This document shows positions 1 to 11,132 of a stretch of DNA of 64,000 nt, in pieces. The DNA is from an uncultured delta proteobacterium. GTDB lineage: Bacteria > Desulfobacterota > Desulfomonilia > Desulfomonilales > Desulfomonilaceae. The stretch's first letter is position 1; each line of letters opens with the position of its first letter. Made by a program: the position numbers and the translations under genes. Below the pieces are notes generated by a model that had not been told where the DNA came from, ran no database searches, and was given only the letters and a program-made list of their open reading frames with translations. Where the stretch lies: positions 22,740-86,739 of the forward strand of contig CAWBBA010000015.1 of assembly GCA_963786905.1 (NCBI GenBank). Direction: 5' to 3'.

Positions 1-1
1 T

Positions 2-286
2 CTTGACGTTTCCATACCGCAGCAGGCCATTATCAAGGGAGACCGCCTATCCTTTTCAGTGGCTGCCGCGGGAATTCTTGCCAAAGTGACCCGCGACAAG
101 ATCATGGTGGAACTGCACGAGCAGTTTCCACAATACGGATTTGCCCAGCACAAAGGCTATGGGACTCGTGAACATAAAGAGGCGATCGCCCGGTACGGCC
201 CCTCTCCGGTGCATCGCATGTGTTTCCGCGGAGTCAAAGAACCTGACTTGCCGCTTTTTTGCGCCCCGCCCGATGGGGACGACTGA
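2..286 (+). CDS. rnhB: Ribonuclease HII, C-terminal part (5' end outside the window)
   Basis: The frame is open from base 2. The translation LDVSIPQQAIIKGDRLSFSVAAAGILAKVTRDKIMVELHEQFPQYGFAQHKGYGTREH matches the conserved RNase HII C-terminal core. TGA at 284-286. Confidence 0.85.
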   Translation, partial: LDVSIPQQAIIKGDRLSFSVAAAGILAKVTRDKIMVELHEQFPQYGFAQHKGYGTREHKEAIARYGPSPVHRMCFRGVKEPDLPLFCAPPDGDD

Positions 287-382
287 CAAGTCGAATTGAG
301 TTATTGGGTAGGTTGGGCCGTGCCCGACACGGTTTCCTGCTGTCATGTCAGCCACGGGCCGCCCTACCCTGACTGAAAGCGT

Positions 383-1739
383 CTAATTCCCGAGACCAGT
401 TCTATGTTTGAGCCCCTGCAAAACCGTAAATAGACCGCATCCTGCCATGAGGCAGACTATGGGCATTACAGGATGCCTGAATCTGCTGTACCCGATGCCT
501 CCCATCGAGGCCGTCAAGACAAGATACGCTCCTACTACAATCAAGACCATCAGTTGCGCCCCATTTACCCACCGCTTGGAGAAAACTCCAATTGCTGCGA
601 GCGTCCAGTATGCCAAGAGCACGATGAATAAAGGTACCTTCAGAATCCACTTGAGCCTGGCCCCCTCGGGAGAAGTCGGATCAACTCTGATCATGTCCAG
701 CAGATCCGTGGCTCCTGTCTCCCGTAAAGTTGTAATCGTGTTTTCAAATGCAAGCGTAAAGAACGTCCGCAGATTCTCAATAACCAGCTTGATCGCCTTC
801 CTTGCCTCTGTATCGATGTATCTCGTCTTGTGTCCAGGTCCGCTGTTCGGGGTGGAGCGCAAAATAGGTTTCAGGCACGCCGTATCCCATTTTCACTAGC
901 TGTTCATGGAGCTTCACTCCGTCCTTCTTGGCTAAGATTCCTCCACCAACGTAGAAATATAGGTTTTGGTCCGAGATGGCTGAAAAGCCCGAGTACCCCG
1001 TCTCGATTTTGTTGCGTGCCTGCCAGACAACAATGATGCCCATGGAAATTAGAAAGAACACGGCAGCGTGAAGGAACAGTTTGCGATTCTGCGATCGCCT
1101 AAGCAGCGTCCAAAGGAAAAGCGCAAACGTAATAGCGGAAGGCATAAAGTAGGAAATAGGGCGCACATAGGCCGTGGCAGCCAGAGTAGTCGCGGACAGT
1201 ATAATATCGGACAGAGCGCCGGTCTTCAAATACCTGATCAGAAAATACAAAAAAATCAATAGAACCGTTGAGTATAGTGTTTCGCTGTAAAGCCGGCCGG
1301 CATACATTATGGACAGCGGCTCCACGGCTAAGAGCGCAGCGCACAGAACGGCTATTTCATGTGTATCAAACAAAAGAATCCCGATTTTGTAGATGATAAA
1401 GACGCTGAAGCAGCTCAATACGATCTGCAAGGCGATAGTAGCCAACTCGATATGGCCCGATATTATTCCAGGTATGAGTAGCAGAGGGTAGCCGGGGGTG
1501 CGCTCGATTTCAGGGACACCTTTTGTCGCGAACTGCCAGGATGCTATAAGTCCCCTGGCAGGCTCTATATATTCTATTGTGTCGTTGTCATAAAAGACTT
1601 TTACATCCTTGCTCAAGCCAAGCATCAGAACAGGAAAGGCAACCCTCAGAGCGAGAGCCAAGAGGATTATATATCGCAGTTTTGGCAACACCATACCTGA
1701 TAGCCCCTGTTCTCTTTGGGTCCGGGCTCTTGGTTGCAC
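383..1739 (-). pseudogene. GT39/ArnT-like polytopic membrane glycosyltransferase, split by one frameshift
   Basis: ORFs 777..1739 and 383..862 overlap in different frames and together give one multi-TM protein (N-terminal YDNDTIEYIEPARGL...RTPGYPLLL motif, many hydrophobic helices). The shift lies within 777-862. Confidence 0.6.
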
Positions 1740-1848
1740 AGGGCCGACAATTGCCCTGCGGAGCGACTACACTCAGAAGCTCGGCCCCCCTACTATTACC
1801 ATCTTCTAACAATCCAACATTGTTTCTTGGCCGGAACGCCGAAACCAA

Positions 1849-4800
1849 TCAACCAATTCCCTCTTCTGGCTCCATTTTGTCATCAAGCACTGAGCGGACG
1901 ACCTCCAGCACCTGCCGAATGTCATACGGCTTGTTGACGAACCCCTTTGCCCCTGCCGCGAGTGCATCCTTGGTCGGACCGTCTAGCCGAGTAGCCGCTG
2001 GCTGATGACCACCTTGACCGAGGGATCGAGGCTCAAGAGACCTTCGAGGCATTGCTTACCGCCCATCTCAGGCATTATGAGATCCAGGATCACCAGGGAA
2101 ATCTCTCTGCTTCGCGCTCTGGTACAGCTCCAGAGCCTCTTTGCCGTTCGAATGCCGTGATCACCTTGTACCCGGCCTTTGTGAGAATCCTCAAGCAAAG
2201 GTCCCGAATCATTGCCTCGTCATCCACGAGGAGAATGGTCTCAGATCCTCCTTGTCGGCATTGTTCCGGCGATCGTTTCCTCGTAGTTCCTCATCTGACA
2301 CGAGGGCAGGGAAATATATCTTGAAGGCGGTCCCCTGACCCGGTTCGCTGTAACACCTGATATGGCCACCGTGCTGTTGGACGATCCCGTGGACCATAGC
2401 CAGACCGAGTCCCGTTCCTTTGTCCACCGCTTTGGTCGTGTAGAAGGGCTCGAAGATGTGCTCCAGCGTCTCTTTGTCCATGCCGGCGCCGGTGTCCGTG
2501 ACCGTCAGGATCACATAGCGCCCGGGCTTGGCGTTAAGATGCGATTGGCGCATATTCCTCGTCCAGGACGATGTTGGCCGTTTCGATGACGAGCCTTCCT
2601 CCCTCAGGCATTGCGTCCCGTGCGTTCACCGCAAGATTCATCAGGATCTGATCCACCTGAGTGGGATCGGCATTGATCGTGGCCAGATCCTCAGCGAGAA
2701 AGAGCTGTATGTCGATCATCTTGGGAATGGTTCTCTCGAGCATTTTCCGCATTTCATTGATACGGCGATTCAGGTTGAGCGGCTGAGTGGTTTGATCTCC
2801 GTCTTCCTGCTGAAGGTGAGCAGTCTCCTGAACCAGGTCAGCCCCACGCCTTGCGGATTCATTTATCTTCTGGAGGTCGGCCCGGTAACGCTGCAGGCAA
2901 GTCCTCATCGCCGAGAATCAACTCGGAGTATCCGAGCGCTACTTGCAGGATGTTGTTGAAATCGTGGGCAACGCCTCCGGCAAGGGTGCCGACCGCCTCC
3001 ATCTTTTGGGCCTGAAACAGTTGCTTGGAAAGCTCCAAGTGCTCGGTAATATCGCGCTTCACAGCAACGAAGTTCACGATCTTGCCTGAGGATGTCTCTC
3101 ACAGGCGATATCGTGGCCTCCTCGTGATAGATGTGCCCATCCTTCCTTCTGTTGACTAACTGTCCTGACCAGACATGGCCTCCCAGAATGGTATCCGACA
3201 CTGCTCGTAAAACTTTCTATCATGCTCACCGCCGTGAGGAAGCGAGGCTTTTGGCCAACAGCCTCTTCCTTCGAGTAGCCCGTAATCCTCTCGAAAGCTG
3301 GGTTTACATATTGAATGGTTCCCTGTTTGTCAGTGATGACGATAGCTTCAGCAACCTGTTCCACGGCTGTTGCCAGTCTCTTCTGAGCCTCTTCCGACCG
3401 TCTGCGGGCAGTCACGTCACGAATAATCATAGTTGACTTCCACTCGCCTTCAACGTCCTTGAACAAGACCGAAGATAATTCGGCAGGGAAAACGGTCCCA
3501 TCCTTCCGTACGAAGAGGAGTTCGCCCTGAAATTTTCCAGTTCGCTTTCGCTCTTCCAATGCCATTTTCAACCTGGGGTCCGCAATATCCACAAGACTGT
3601 TTCTGCCTGCTCGACGGATTTCTTCTTCTGTCATCCCAAACAGGTGGCAAACTGCTGGATTGGCCCTCAGTTTCTGCCATCCGGTATTGTTAGCAGTATC
3701 GCGTCAAGGCTGTTTTCAAATAGCGAACGAAACTGCTCTTCACTTTCCAGAGCGCATCTTCGGATCGCTTGCGCTCGGTGATGTCTTCGAAGATCCCCAG
3801 CACACCAATGACTCGTCCATGTCTGTCCTTGTAGGGAACTTTGATAGTATGTGCCCATCGATCTTGACCGGGGAGTTGATAGGGTTCTTCAAAGTCTTTA
3901 ACCATACCGGTATCCATGCAAGCCTGGTCGTCGGCACGGTACAATTGAGCCAGTTCGGCAGGATGGAAAGCGAAGTCGTCCTTGCCTACGATCTGTTCCG
4001 GTACGATTCCCAGGTCTGCGGCGTAGTTCGTGTTGCAGGACAGGTAGACCGAATTGCGGTCTTTGAGGAAGATGCGTTGAGGAAGATGCTCAACCAGACT
4101 CCGATGGGTCTCTTCGCTCTGTCGCAGCAACTCTTCCGAATTTTTGCGCTCGGTGATGTCAGTGGCGACGTGGATGACTTTCCGGATGTTTCCTTCTTGG
4201 TCGAGGACCGGCGTACAAGTGACAAGGTAGTAGTCGCCCAGGGCCTTCATCTCCATCTCCACGCTCTCCGTCGAACCCGATTCAAGAAGAGCCTCCATCG
4301 GGCAGCCTTGAGGTCTCTTACCATTTGCATGAAAAACCTCATAGCACTTGGCATTCAGCAACTCGTCATGAGATTTGCCTGTGACCTGAATGCACTTCTT
4401 GTTGGCTGCAACAATCCCGTGTTCCAGGTCCATTATAAAGGTTGGGTGGCCTGTGGCCTGGAAAATGTTCTCCCAATCCTGGCGGGCCTCCAGGAGTTCC
4501 GCTTCGGCCTGTTGACGGCGGGCGATTTCCTCCTGCAACGCGTGATTGGCTTGCTCCAACTGGAAGACCTTTTTCTCCAGCTTGTGAATGAGAACTTCAC
4601 TGTATTCCTTGAGCAAGCCCATTTGGTGACCTTCTGGGGCCCTGGCCGGGGACAGTTCGCCGCGGGCTTTTCTTGCCAGGACTTCCCGGATGCGGGCCAT
4701 GAACGGTTCCGGCTCGACGGGTTTGACGATGAAGGCGTCCGCCCCAAGGTCCAACGCCAAGCGTTCGTCTTTGGGCTCGGTGTAGGTGGCGGTATAGACA

Positions 4801-5433
4801 ACGAATGGGATCGTCCGGAGCTGCTCGTCGGCCTTCCACTGACGCAGGAGCGTGTAGCCGTCCATAACCGGCATCAGCAGGTCGGAAATGATCAGGTGGG
4901 GCGGCGCCTGGCGCGCTCTGGTCAGCGCCTCGACACCGTGGCGGGCCTCGTCCACGACACAACCGTGACCTTGTAGGAGAGCACGCAGCAGGTAGAGGTT
5001 CTCTTGCTTGTCGTCCACGATGAGCACGCGGATCATGGGGTAGCCTCCTCGACCAGGCGAGGGAAGAAAGCGTTCGACCTCGGCTACGAACGTCTCCGGA
5101 TTGATGGGTTTCTCGATGTAGCCTTCCGCTCCTGCGGCCAAGACCTTCTCCCTGTCGCCGACCATGGCGTAGGAGGTGACAGCGACGATGGGAATGGATT
5201 TCAACCGGGGATCGCTTTTCAAAGAGCGGGCCACGGCGTAGCCGTCCATTCCCGGCAACTGGATGTCGAGCAGTATCAAGTCGGGGCTGACTTTGGCTGG
5301 CCAATTCCAGGCCCAGCGAACCGGACACTGCGGGAACGACTTCATGACCGCACTGCTCCAGGAGGAAGGTTAGCAGGTAGCGGTTTTGCTCATTGTCTTC
5401 GATAAGGAGGATTCTCGCTTTCATGATTTGCAC
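1849..5433 (-). pseudogene. Large hybrid sensor kinase (REC-REC-coiled coil-PAS repeats-HisKA-HATPase-REC) broken by many frameshifts
   Basis: Minus-strand ORF fragments tile without gaps. They are: 4597..5433 ([18 protein letters not shown] receiver start); 3690..5345 (DLILLDIQLPGMDGY, second REC ISDLLMPVMDGY, PAS domains); 3667..3858, 3074..3634 and 2905..3201 (PAS); 2859..3077 (His[13 protein letters not shown]); 2534..2908 and 2209..2553 (HATPase [16 protein letters not shown]); 1983..2198 and 1849..2052 (C-terminal REC LVILDLIMPEMGG). Confidence 0.7.
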
Positions 5434-7853
5434 GATCCTTGTAGCGGGAAGGTGAAGCTAAACGTGCTGCCTTTCGTCCACGTGCTTTCAGCGCTAATAT
5501 CGCCGCCCATCAAATCCGCCAGGCGTCGGCAAATTGCCAGGCCCAAGCCCGTCCCTTCGTAATTTCGCGACAGACCGGATTCAATCTGCCGGAACGGTTG
5601 AAACAAGGTCGTCAGATCATCGGGCTTTATCCCTATGCCGGTGTCGGAAACGCGGAGTCGGACGGCAGGCTGTCCGGAAGTCCCTCCGGACGATCTTGAA
5701 ATCGGGAACCAGCTCGGTCTTCAGAGCGACCTCACCGCTATCGGTAAACTTGATGGCATTATTGAGAAGGTTCAGCAGAATCTGTTCAACACGGCGCTGA
5801 TCGCCGACGGCCTCGCCAAGCCCCGGCACGATATTGCGCACGAAGGGCAAGACCTTTCTTTTCAGCCAGCGGTGCTACGATGCCTACGACCTTGTTGATA
5901 GATTCGCGCAAGTCGAACCGCTCACTGGCGACTTCAAGTTGCCCGGCTTCGATCTTGGAGATGTCGAGCACGTCGTTGATGAGCGCCAGCAAGTGACGGG
6001 AACTGGAGCGGACCATTTCGAGCTGCTTGGCCTGCTCCGGATTCAACGGCCCGGCCAGCCCTTGTAGGATGATTCCGGTGAAGCCGATGATTGAATTGAG
6101 CGGAGTGCGCAGTTCGTGCGACATAGTGGCCAGAAAGGCGGATTTGAGATTGGTCGGCCGCTTCGGCTCGCTCCTTGGCATGTGCCAATTCCCTGGTGCG
6201 CTCGGCCACGATCCGCTCCAACTCTACAGCGTGGCGGTGTGATGCCTCATTGATTTCTTCCTGCGCCCGTTTAAGTTCCGTGATGTCCGTGCCGATGCTC
6301 AGAACCTCGGCAATGTTTCCTCGCTCATCCAACACGATTCTGTTGGTCCAAGCTATCACGACGCGCTCTCCACTGCGCCGCATGTTTTCATTGACGTTTC
6401 GTTCGAACGCTTTTGGGTCCGCGAGAATCTGATCCATCAGAGGACCCAGGTCATCACCACTACTGTCCGTTACAGGGACGATCGTGCCGATAACATGGCG
6501 TCCGACGATCTCCTCGGAGGAGTAGCCAAAGAATTTCTGACCGAACTCGTTCAGAAGGTGATCTTTCCGTCGCGTGTCCAGCGCAGAATGATGCTGTTGG
6601 CGTGCTCCACAAGCTCGCGGATACTTTCGTTCGCTCTCCGCTAGCCGTGCTTCGGCCTTCTTACGGTCGGTGACGTCTCGCACCCAGACCTGAATGCCAG
6701 GTTCTTCGTCAAAAGAGAACGCCTTAGCTCTGATCTCTCCATCGAGCACAGTTCCTTCCTTTGATTGGAGTCTGACCTCATAGTGGTCTATCGCGCTTTC
6801 CCCGCGCAACCGAGCTTGCGCTCTGGCACGAGTCATTGGCTGGTCTTCAGGGTGATAGATAACCCAATGGTCCTCTCCAATGAGTTCCCCTGGTTCGTAG
6901 CCCAGCATCTCATGCAGGGGTTTGTTGGCGAAGATTATCTTGGTTCCTTTCTGCAAGAAAATCCCATCAAAACTGTCTTCCACGAGGGTCCTATACCTCT
7001 GCTCGCTCTCCCTCAGCGCTGCTTGAGCTTGATCAAGCTCGCGCCGGCGCCGCCGGATTTTCCAGTGGCCCGCACCGAGCGACAACAGTGCCAAGCCTCC
7101 GATACCGCTTTGGGCGCGCAGTTCCTCGCGTTGGTAATAGCTAAAGATCGCCTCGTCGTCCTTCATTGGCACGACCGCCCTGATACCACCGGGGATGGCC
7201 CCCTCTTGGTAGCCCTGTACCGAGTAGCATTTCAGGCATCTCGCCATGGTCTTAGTGGGTTGCATGAGCCGCAGGTGGGGCTGGCCTTCGATTAGCTCCA
7301 CTGAACTGACTTCGGCCGCGCCTCGCTCGAAGGCTTCCAGCGCTTTCCGCTCCCTAGCGACAGGGTCGTTTTCCGGCCGGATTGGCTTGAGGCTGGTGAT
7401 ATGGTCGCGATGCTCGTAGAGTTCTTTGCCCAACTCCTGCACCTGCCGGATCATGTGGGCAGGGTTCATGAGGGTCAGCGGATGGCCAGACCGTGTGGTA
7501 ATGTCCCGATCGGGTAGGTGCACCAGGTAACGATTCAGCGGAGTCTTGCCAGTTGTCGGCACATACACACCGCCGTGCATGTCAGCACCTTGACGGTACA
7601 GGAGGTCCTTTTCGAAGCAGGACCGGGCACCGATCCGCGCCATATCCTTGACCGTCCGGCGTATATGAGCCGTGGTCCACCACAAGGCCAGCACGACCGC
7701 CAGCGCCCAGATGCATGCTCTCATTGGAGCCCAACCGGGAATTAGGGGCAGGAGCAAAGGACCGGCATCGCTATGCGTAATAGCAAATCGCGATTTCGTT
7801 GTAATGGATTTCATTGAACACCTCAATTGCAGAGCAGCAGTTTGGTGTTCCAC
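5421..7853 (-). pseudogene. Sensor histidine kinase with DUF3365 (Tll0287-like) domain, PAS x2, HisKA and HATPase; frameshifted
   Basis: ORF 5934..7853 carries the DUF3365-like region (CLKCYSVQGYQEGAIPGGIRAVVPM), a TM segment and PAS domains. 5786..6181 holds HisKA (MSHELRTPLNSIIG). 5617..5850 and 5421..5606 hold HATPase ([13 protein letters not shown]). These pieces are in different frames. Confidence 0.7.
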
Positions 7854-8095
7854 AGCGCCTGTTCCATCATTCAGCGCTCGGGCTCATCCCTGAACACAAG
7901 GACGACTCACGATGCAAGATGATACAGCGCGACTCTTTGAAAGGATGACTGATTTGTCGACGACGCTGGTGTGTCCAGCTTTCTTCGTATTCTACTCCAG
8001 ATATTATGAGACGGTTATCCTATTTTGGAAGTCTTGGCACCAGTAAGGGGTCGCCGGCGGCCCCCCGGACCCGAAAAAGTTCCGCATCGTCTCGT

Positions 8096-8410
8096 TCATG
8101 ACCCGACAGAGGCAGAACCGTCTTCATATTGATGAATAAACGCGTTTCCCCCCGTTTCTGAGCGTACCTCTTTACACGCTCCTCGGTCAATCACAATCGT
8201 GCGCGTGGCTGCTGACCCGAACACAACTTGCCAGTATAGGGCCAAGGGGAAGGCTGGGGCCACATGGACTTGTCGGTTTCGATCATGAAAGACTTTCGCT
8301 CCTACCTTGATCAAACGCTTGAGGAGCCACTTTATTGGCCGTTTCACCTCCTCGCCGCGGAGATAGAATTGCCGGAGCATTGGCAGGAGATTGTATGAAG
8401 CGTGCCCAAA
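8096..8410 (-). mobile_element. C-terminal remnant of a DDE transposase (IS4/IS1380-like tail); no catalytic domain or terminal repeats present
   Basis: The translation IKWLLKRLIKVGAKVFHDRNRQVHVAPAFPLALYWQVVFG resembles the conserved ...LRxKLIKIGAKVxxHxRxxxxxxAxxxP... tail of these transposases, recalled from memory. The upstream part is replaced by the regulator gene that ends at 8412. Confidence 0.4.
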
Positions 8411-8411
8411 T

Positions 8412-9095
8412 CTACGGCAGCATGTAACCCACGCCCGAGACTGTGACAATGTAACGTGGTTCCGCAGGATTGTCCTCAAGCTTGGACCGCAAGTGCTGAA
8501 TGTGAACGTCGATTACACGACTGTCCCTGGACAATTCGCCTTCGGGCCATAGGGCCTGTCGGATCACGGTCCTGTTCAAGACTCGGCCTGCATTCCTGGC
8601 CAGCAACAGGAGGAGAGTGAATTCACGTTGCGTGAGACTGACCTTGACGCCCCTCTTGCAGACGGTGTTTTTTCCCACGTCTATTTTCAAATCACCCAAC
8701 TCGATAGTCTCAGCAGGGCTAATAACCTGTCCCTGTCGCCGTAGACAGGCCTTCATTCTGGCCGCGAGTTCCAAGTAATCGAAAGGTTTAACCAAATAAT
8801 CGTCAGCCCCGGTTTCCAGCCCCAGCACTTTATCGGGGAGACGATCCCTCGCGGTCAACATGATTATGGGGATGTTGGATCTTTCTCGGATGGACCTACA
8901 AACCTGAATGCCGTCAATATCGGGAAGGGAAAGGTCCAATATTATTAGGCCAACAGGAACCCTTTCGAACGCCTGCAACGCTTCCTTACCGGTTGAGGCC
9001 GTGAAAACGCTATATCCATCCAGTTCGAGATTGTCCCGAAGGATTCTGAGAATGTCGGGATCATCATCCACTACAAGTATTTGCCCAACCGCCAT
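8412..9095 (-). CDS. OmpR/PhoB-family response regulator (REC plus winged-helix)
   Basis: MAVGQILVVDDDPDILRIL...LIILDLSLPDIDG...LTARD...DDYLVKPF followed by the winged-helix LTQREFTLLLLLARNAGRVLNR...YIVTVSGVGYML. The likely start is ATG 9095, directly after the kinase stop. Confidence 0.9.
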   Translation of the reverse strand: MAVGQILVVDDDPDILRILRDNLELDGYSVFTASTGKEALQAFERVPVGLIILDLSLPDIDGIQVCRSIRERSNIPIIMLTARDRLPDKVLGLETGADDYLVKPFDYLELAARMKACLRRQGQVISPAETIELGDLKIDVGKNTVCKRGVKVSLTQREFTLLLLLARNAGRVLNRTVIRQALWPEGELSRDSRVIDVHIQHLRSKLEDNPAEPRYIVTVSGVGYMLP

Positions 9096-9097
9096 AA

Positions 9098-10772
9098 TTA
9101 TCCCTTCTGGACTCGCTTCTCTACTGAGGCCATCTTTGTCGGAAGAGAGAAAAAGAAGGAACTCCCCTCTCCCGGCCGGCTTTGTACCCATATGTGCCCG
9201 TGATGGGCTTCGACGAGACCTTTGCAGATCGCGAGCCCTATGCCAGAAGACCCTTTGTGGATCTTGCTATCCTGTTGCCCGCCAACCTGATAGAATTTCT
9301 TGAATATAGCCTCATGGTATTTTTCTTCTATACCGGGCCCGGAGTCTTGCACGCAGACCTCAGCCGACTCGCCGTCCGATGCGTTGATCCTGACGAAAAC
9401 CTTGTTTCCGGGTGGTGAAAATTTCACAGCGTTGGATAGCAAATTGGTGAGGACCTGGTAGATCCGCTGTTTGTCGAAGACCATACGCAAGTCCTCGGGC
9501 ACTTCCAGCACCAGTTCAACAGATCTCTTTTGAGCCACGACATTCTGGGAAAGAACCGCATCCTCGGCCACGTCTTTAAGGGAAGCTTCCTCAAGGTCCA
9601 GCTCCAGTTTGCCTGATTCGATCTTCGAGTAATCGAGAAAATCTATGGCGACCTTTATGAGGTGATCGGTATTTCTCTTTATGATGTCCAGATATGTAGG
9701 ATCCCCGCATGACGCCTTTCTGTCCAGAATGTCCGCCGCGCCTTTTATGTTGGTGAGAGGTGTTCTCAGCTCGTGAGAGATGTCGGAAAAAAAATCTGAC
9801 TTTGCCTGGTTAAGCCGTTCGAGGTCCAGGTTGGCTGCTTCAAGGCTTCTGTTAGTCTCCGACAGGTCGTGAGTGGCCTCGGCAATTTTCCGCTCCAACT
9901 CTTCGTGCTGGTTTCTTCATTTCTTCATCTAAAAGATAGCAAAAGTCCGCAATTTCTTTAAGTTCGTCCCCATGCCCACCGTGGTTCTCAACCTGTTTAC
10001 CGACAGTCATGCGGCTCATGGCCGCCCTGATATCGTTTAACCGCTTGAAGACCAGAGATTGCGCTGCAACAAACACCAGGATCACCAGCGATCCAGCGAA
10101 CACCATCCCCCCTCCCAGCAGAATGGCCCTGTTGTGATTGATTGCCGAACGGGCTTCATCCATCGGTATGAAAACGCTGAGGCACCCGCCCACATCCCCC
10201 GGCTTGTAACCTTGAGAGGTGTGGCACTTCACGCAATTCTCGTTTACGTACAAAGGCGCAACATAGCGAAGGACAGATTTGCCGTTGACCTGTTCGGTCC
10301 TGAACGTCTCGTCCTTCTCAGACGACCTGAAAAGTCGGAGAGCCTCCAACTCGAACGCGTCGGGAGCGTTCTCCTGGTTCAGTCTCTCGGTATTCGTAAG
10401 TTTAAAGGAATACAGGCCGCTCTTGAGGGCGCGCTCTGAAAGGAGCCTGGTCATAACTGAAGGGCTGATCCTTGTGTACGCGTTTCCGTCTGAACCGTGC
10501 ACATCGGGTTGGTTCAGGAAAGGATTTGAGCTAACCTCCCCGGTCTTCGGAACGAGTACGCCGTTGTGATCCGCCACCCACTGGCGGGTAAGAACAATCT
10601 GTTTGTGGAGTATTATTGCTTGCTTCTTGACCTGTTCCATAATATGGTCTTCCTGCTGACGCGAAAACCAGACGAATACTACAACGAATATTACGGTTAT
10701 GGTCAGGGAAGTGGCGACCAGGAATTTGAAAGAAACCCTTTGGCCGAGAAATATCTTCAACCGGTTAACCAT
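9098..10772 (-). pseudogene. Sensor histidine kinase with TM segment, DUF3365 c-haem domain (CVKCH), HAMP-like linker, HisKA and HATPase; one frameshift
   Basis: ORF 9852..10772 carries YVNENCVKCHTSQGYKPGDVGGCLSVFIPMDEA (CxxCH codons at 10221-10235). ORF 9098..9898 carries ISHELRTPLTNIKG and GSSGIGLAICKGLVEAHHG. The frames differ and the junction is near 9855-9895. Confidence 0.8.
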
Positions 10773-10923
10773 TTACACTGTATCCATTCATTATCGTTAT
10801 CAAAACAAGTTAGTGCGCGGTTGGAAACATAACTGTTGTCCCTTTGGCCATCAATGATGGTAGCGGGGGCGTGAACCGGAAGCGGCATTTTTTCGGGAAG
10901 TATTATGCCCAGGTTCGAAACAA

Positions 10924-10962
10924 CTTTACAGGATCTTTACAAACTTTTACAGCATCCTTACG
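10924..10962 (+). promoter_or_regulatory. Four direct repeats CTTTACA / CTTTACA / TTTTACA / CCTTACG at 10-11 bp spacing; candidate OmpR-family binding array
   Basis: TTACA cores at 10926, 10937 and 10947, and TTACG at 10958 (spacing 11, 10, 11). The array lies in the divergent intergenic region between the kinase/regulator operon and the octahaem cytochrome gene, about 10 bp upstream of a weak -10-like CACAAT/CAATAT. Confidence 0.4.
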
Positions 10963-11132
10963 GCAACGCGTGTCACAATATGAACCAAATGGGCCAAAGG
11001 TTTAGCCTCCACCACAGCGGGGCAAGGAATCCAGCGGGTCGTCCTCATTTAGGGATGACCCAGCGGAGATCCGGCAAACCTCGGAAGTAACATGTTTATG
11101 AAAGCACTATATCGATACGGGGAGTGGATGCC

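Noticed and set aside
3660-4976. 438-aa ORF on the plus strand
   Set aside because: It is antisense to the REC/PAS-encoding minus-strand gene, which has clear domain signatures. The plus-strand translation is low-complexity (Leu/Val/Gly/Arg-rich) with no recognisable motifs.
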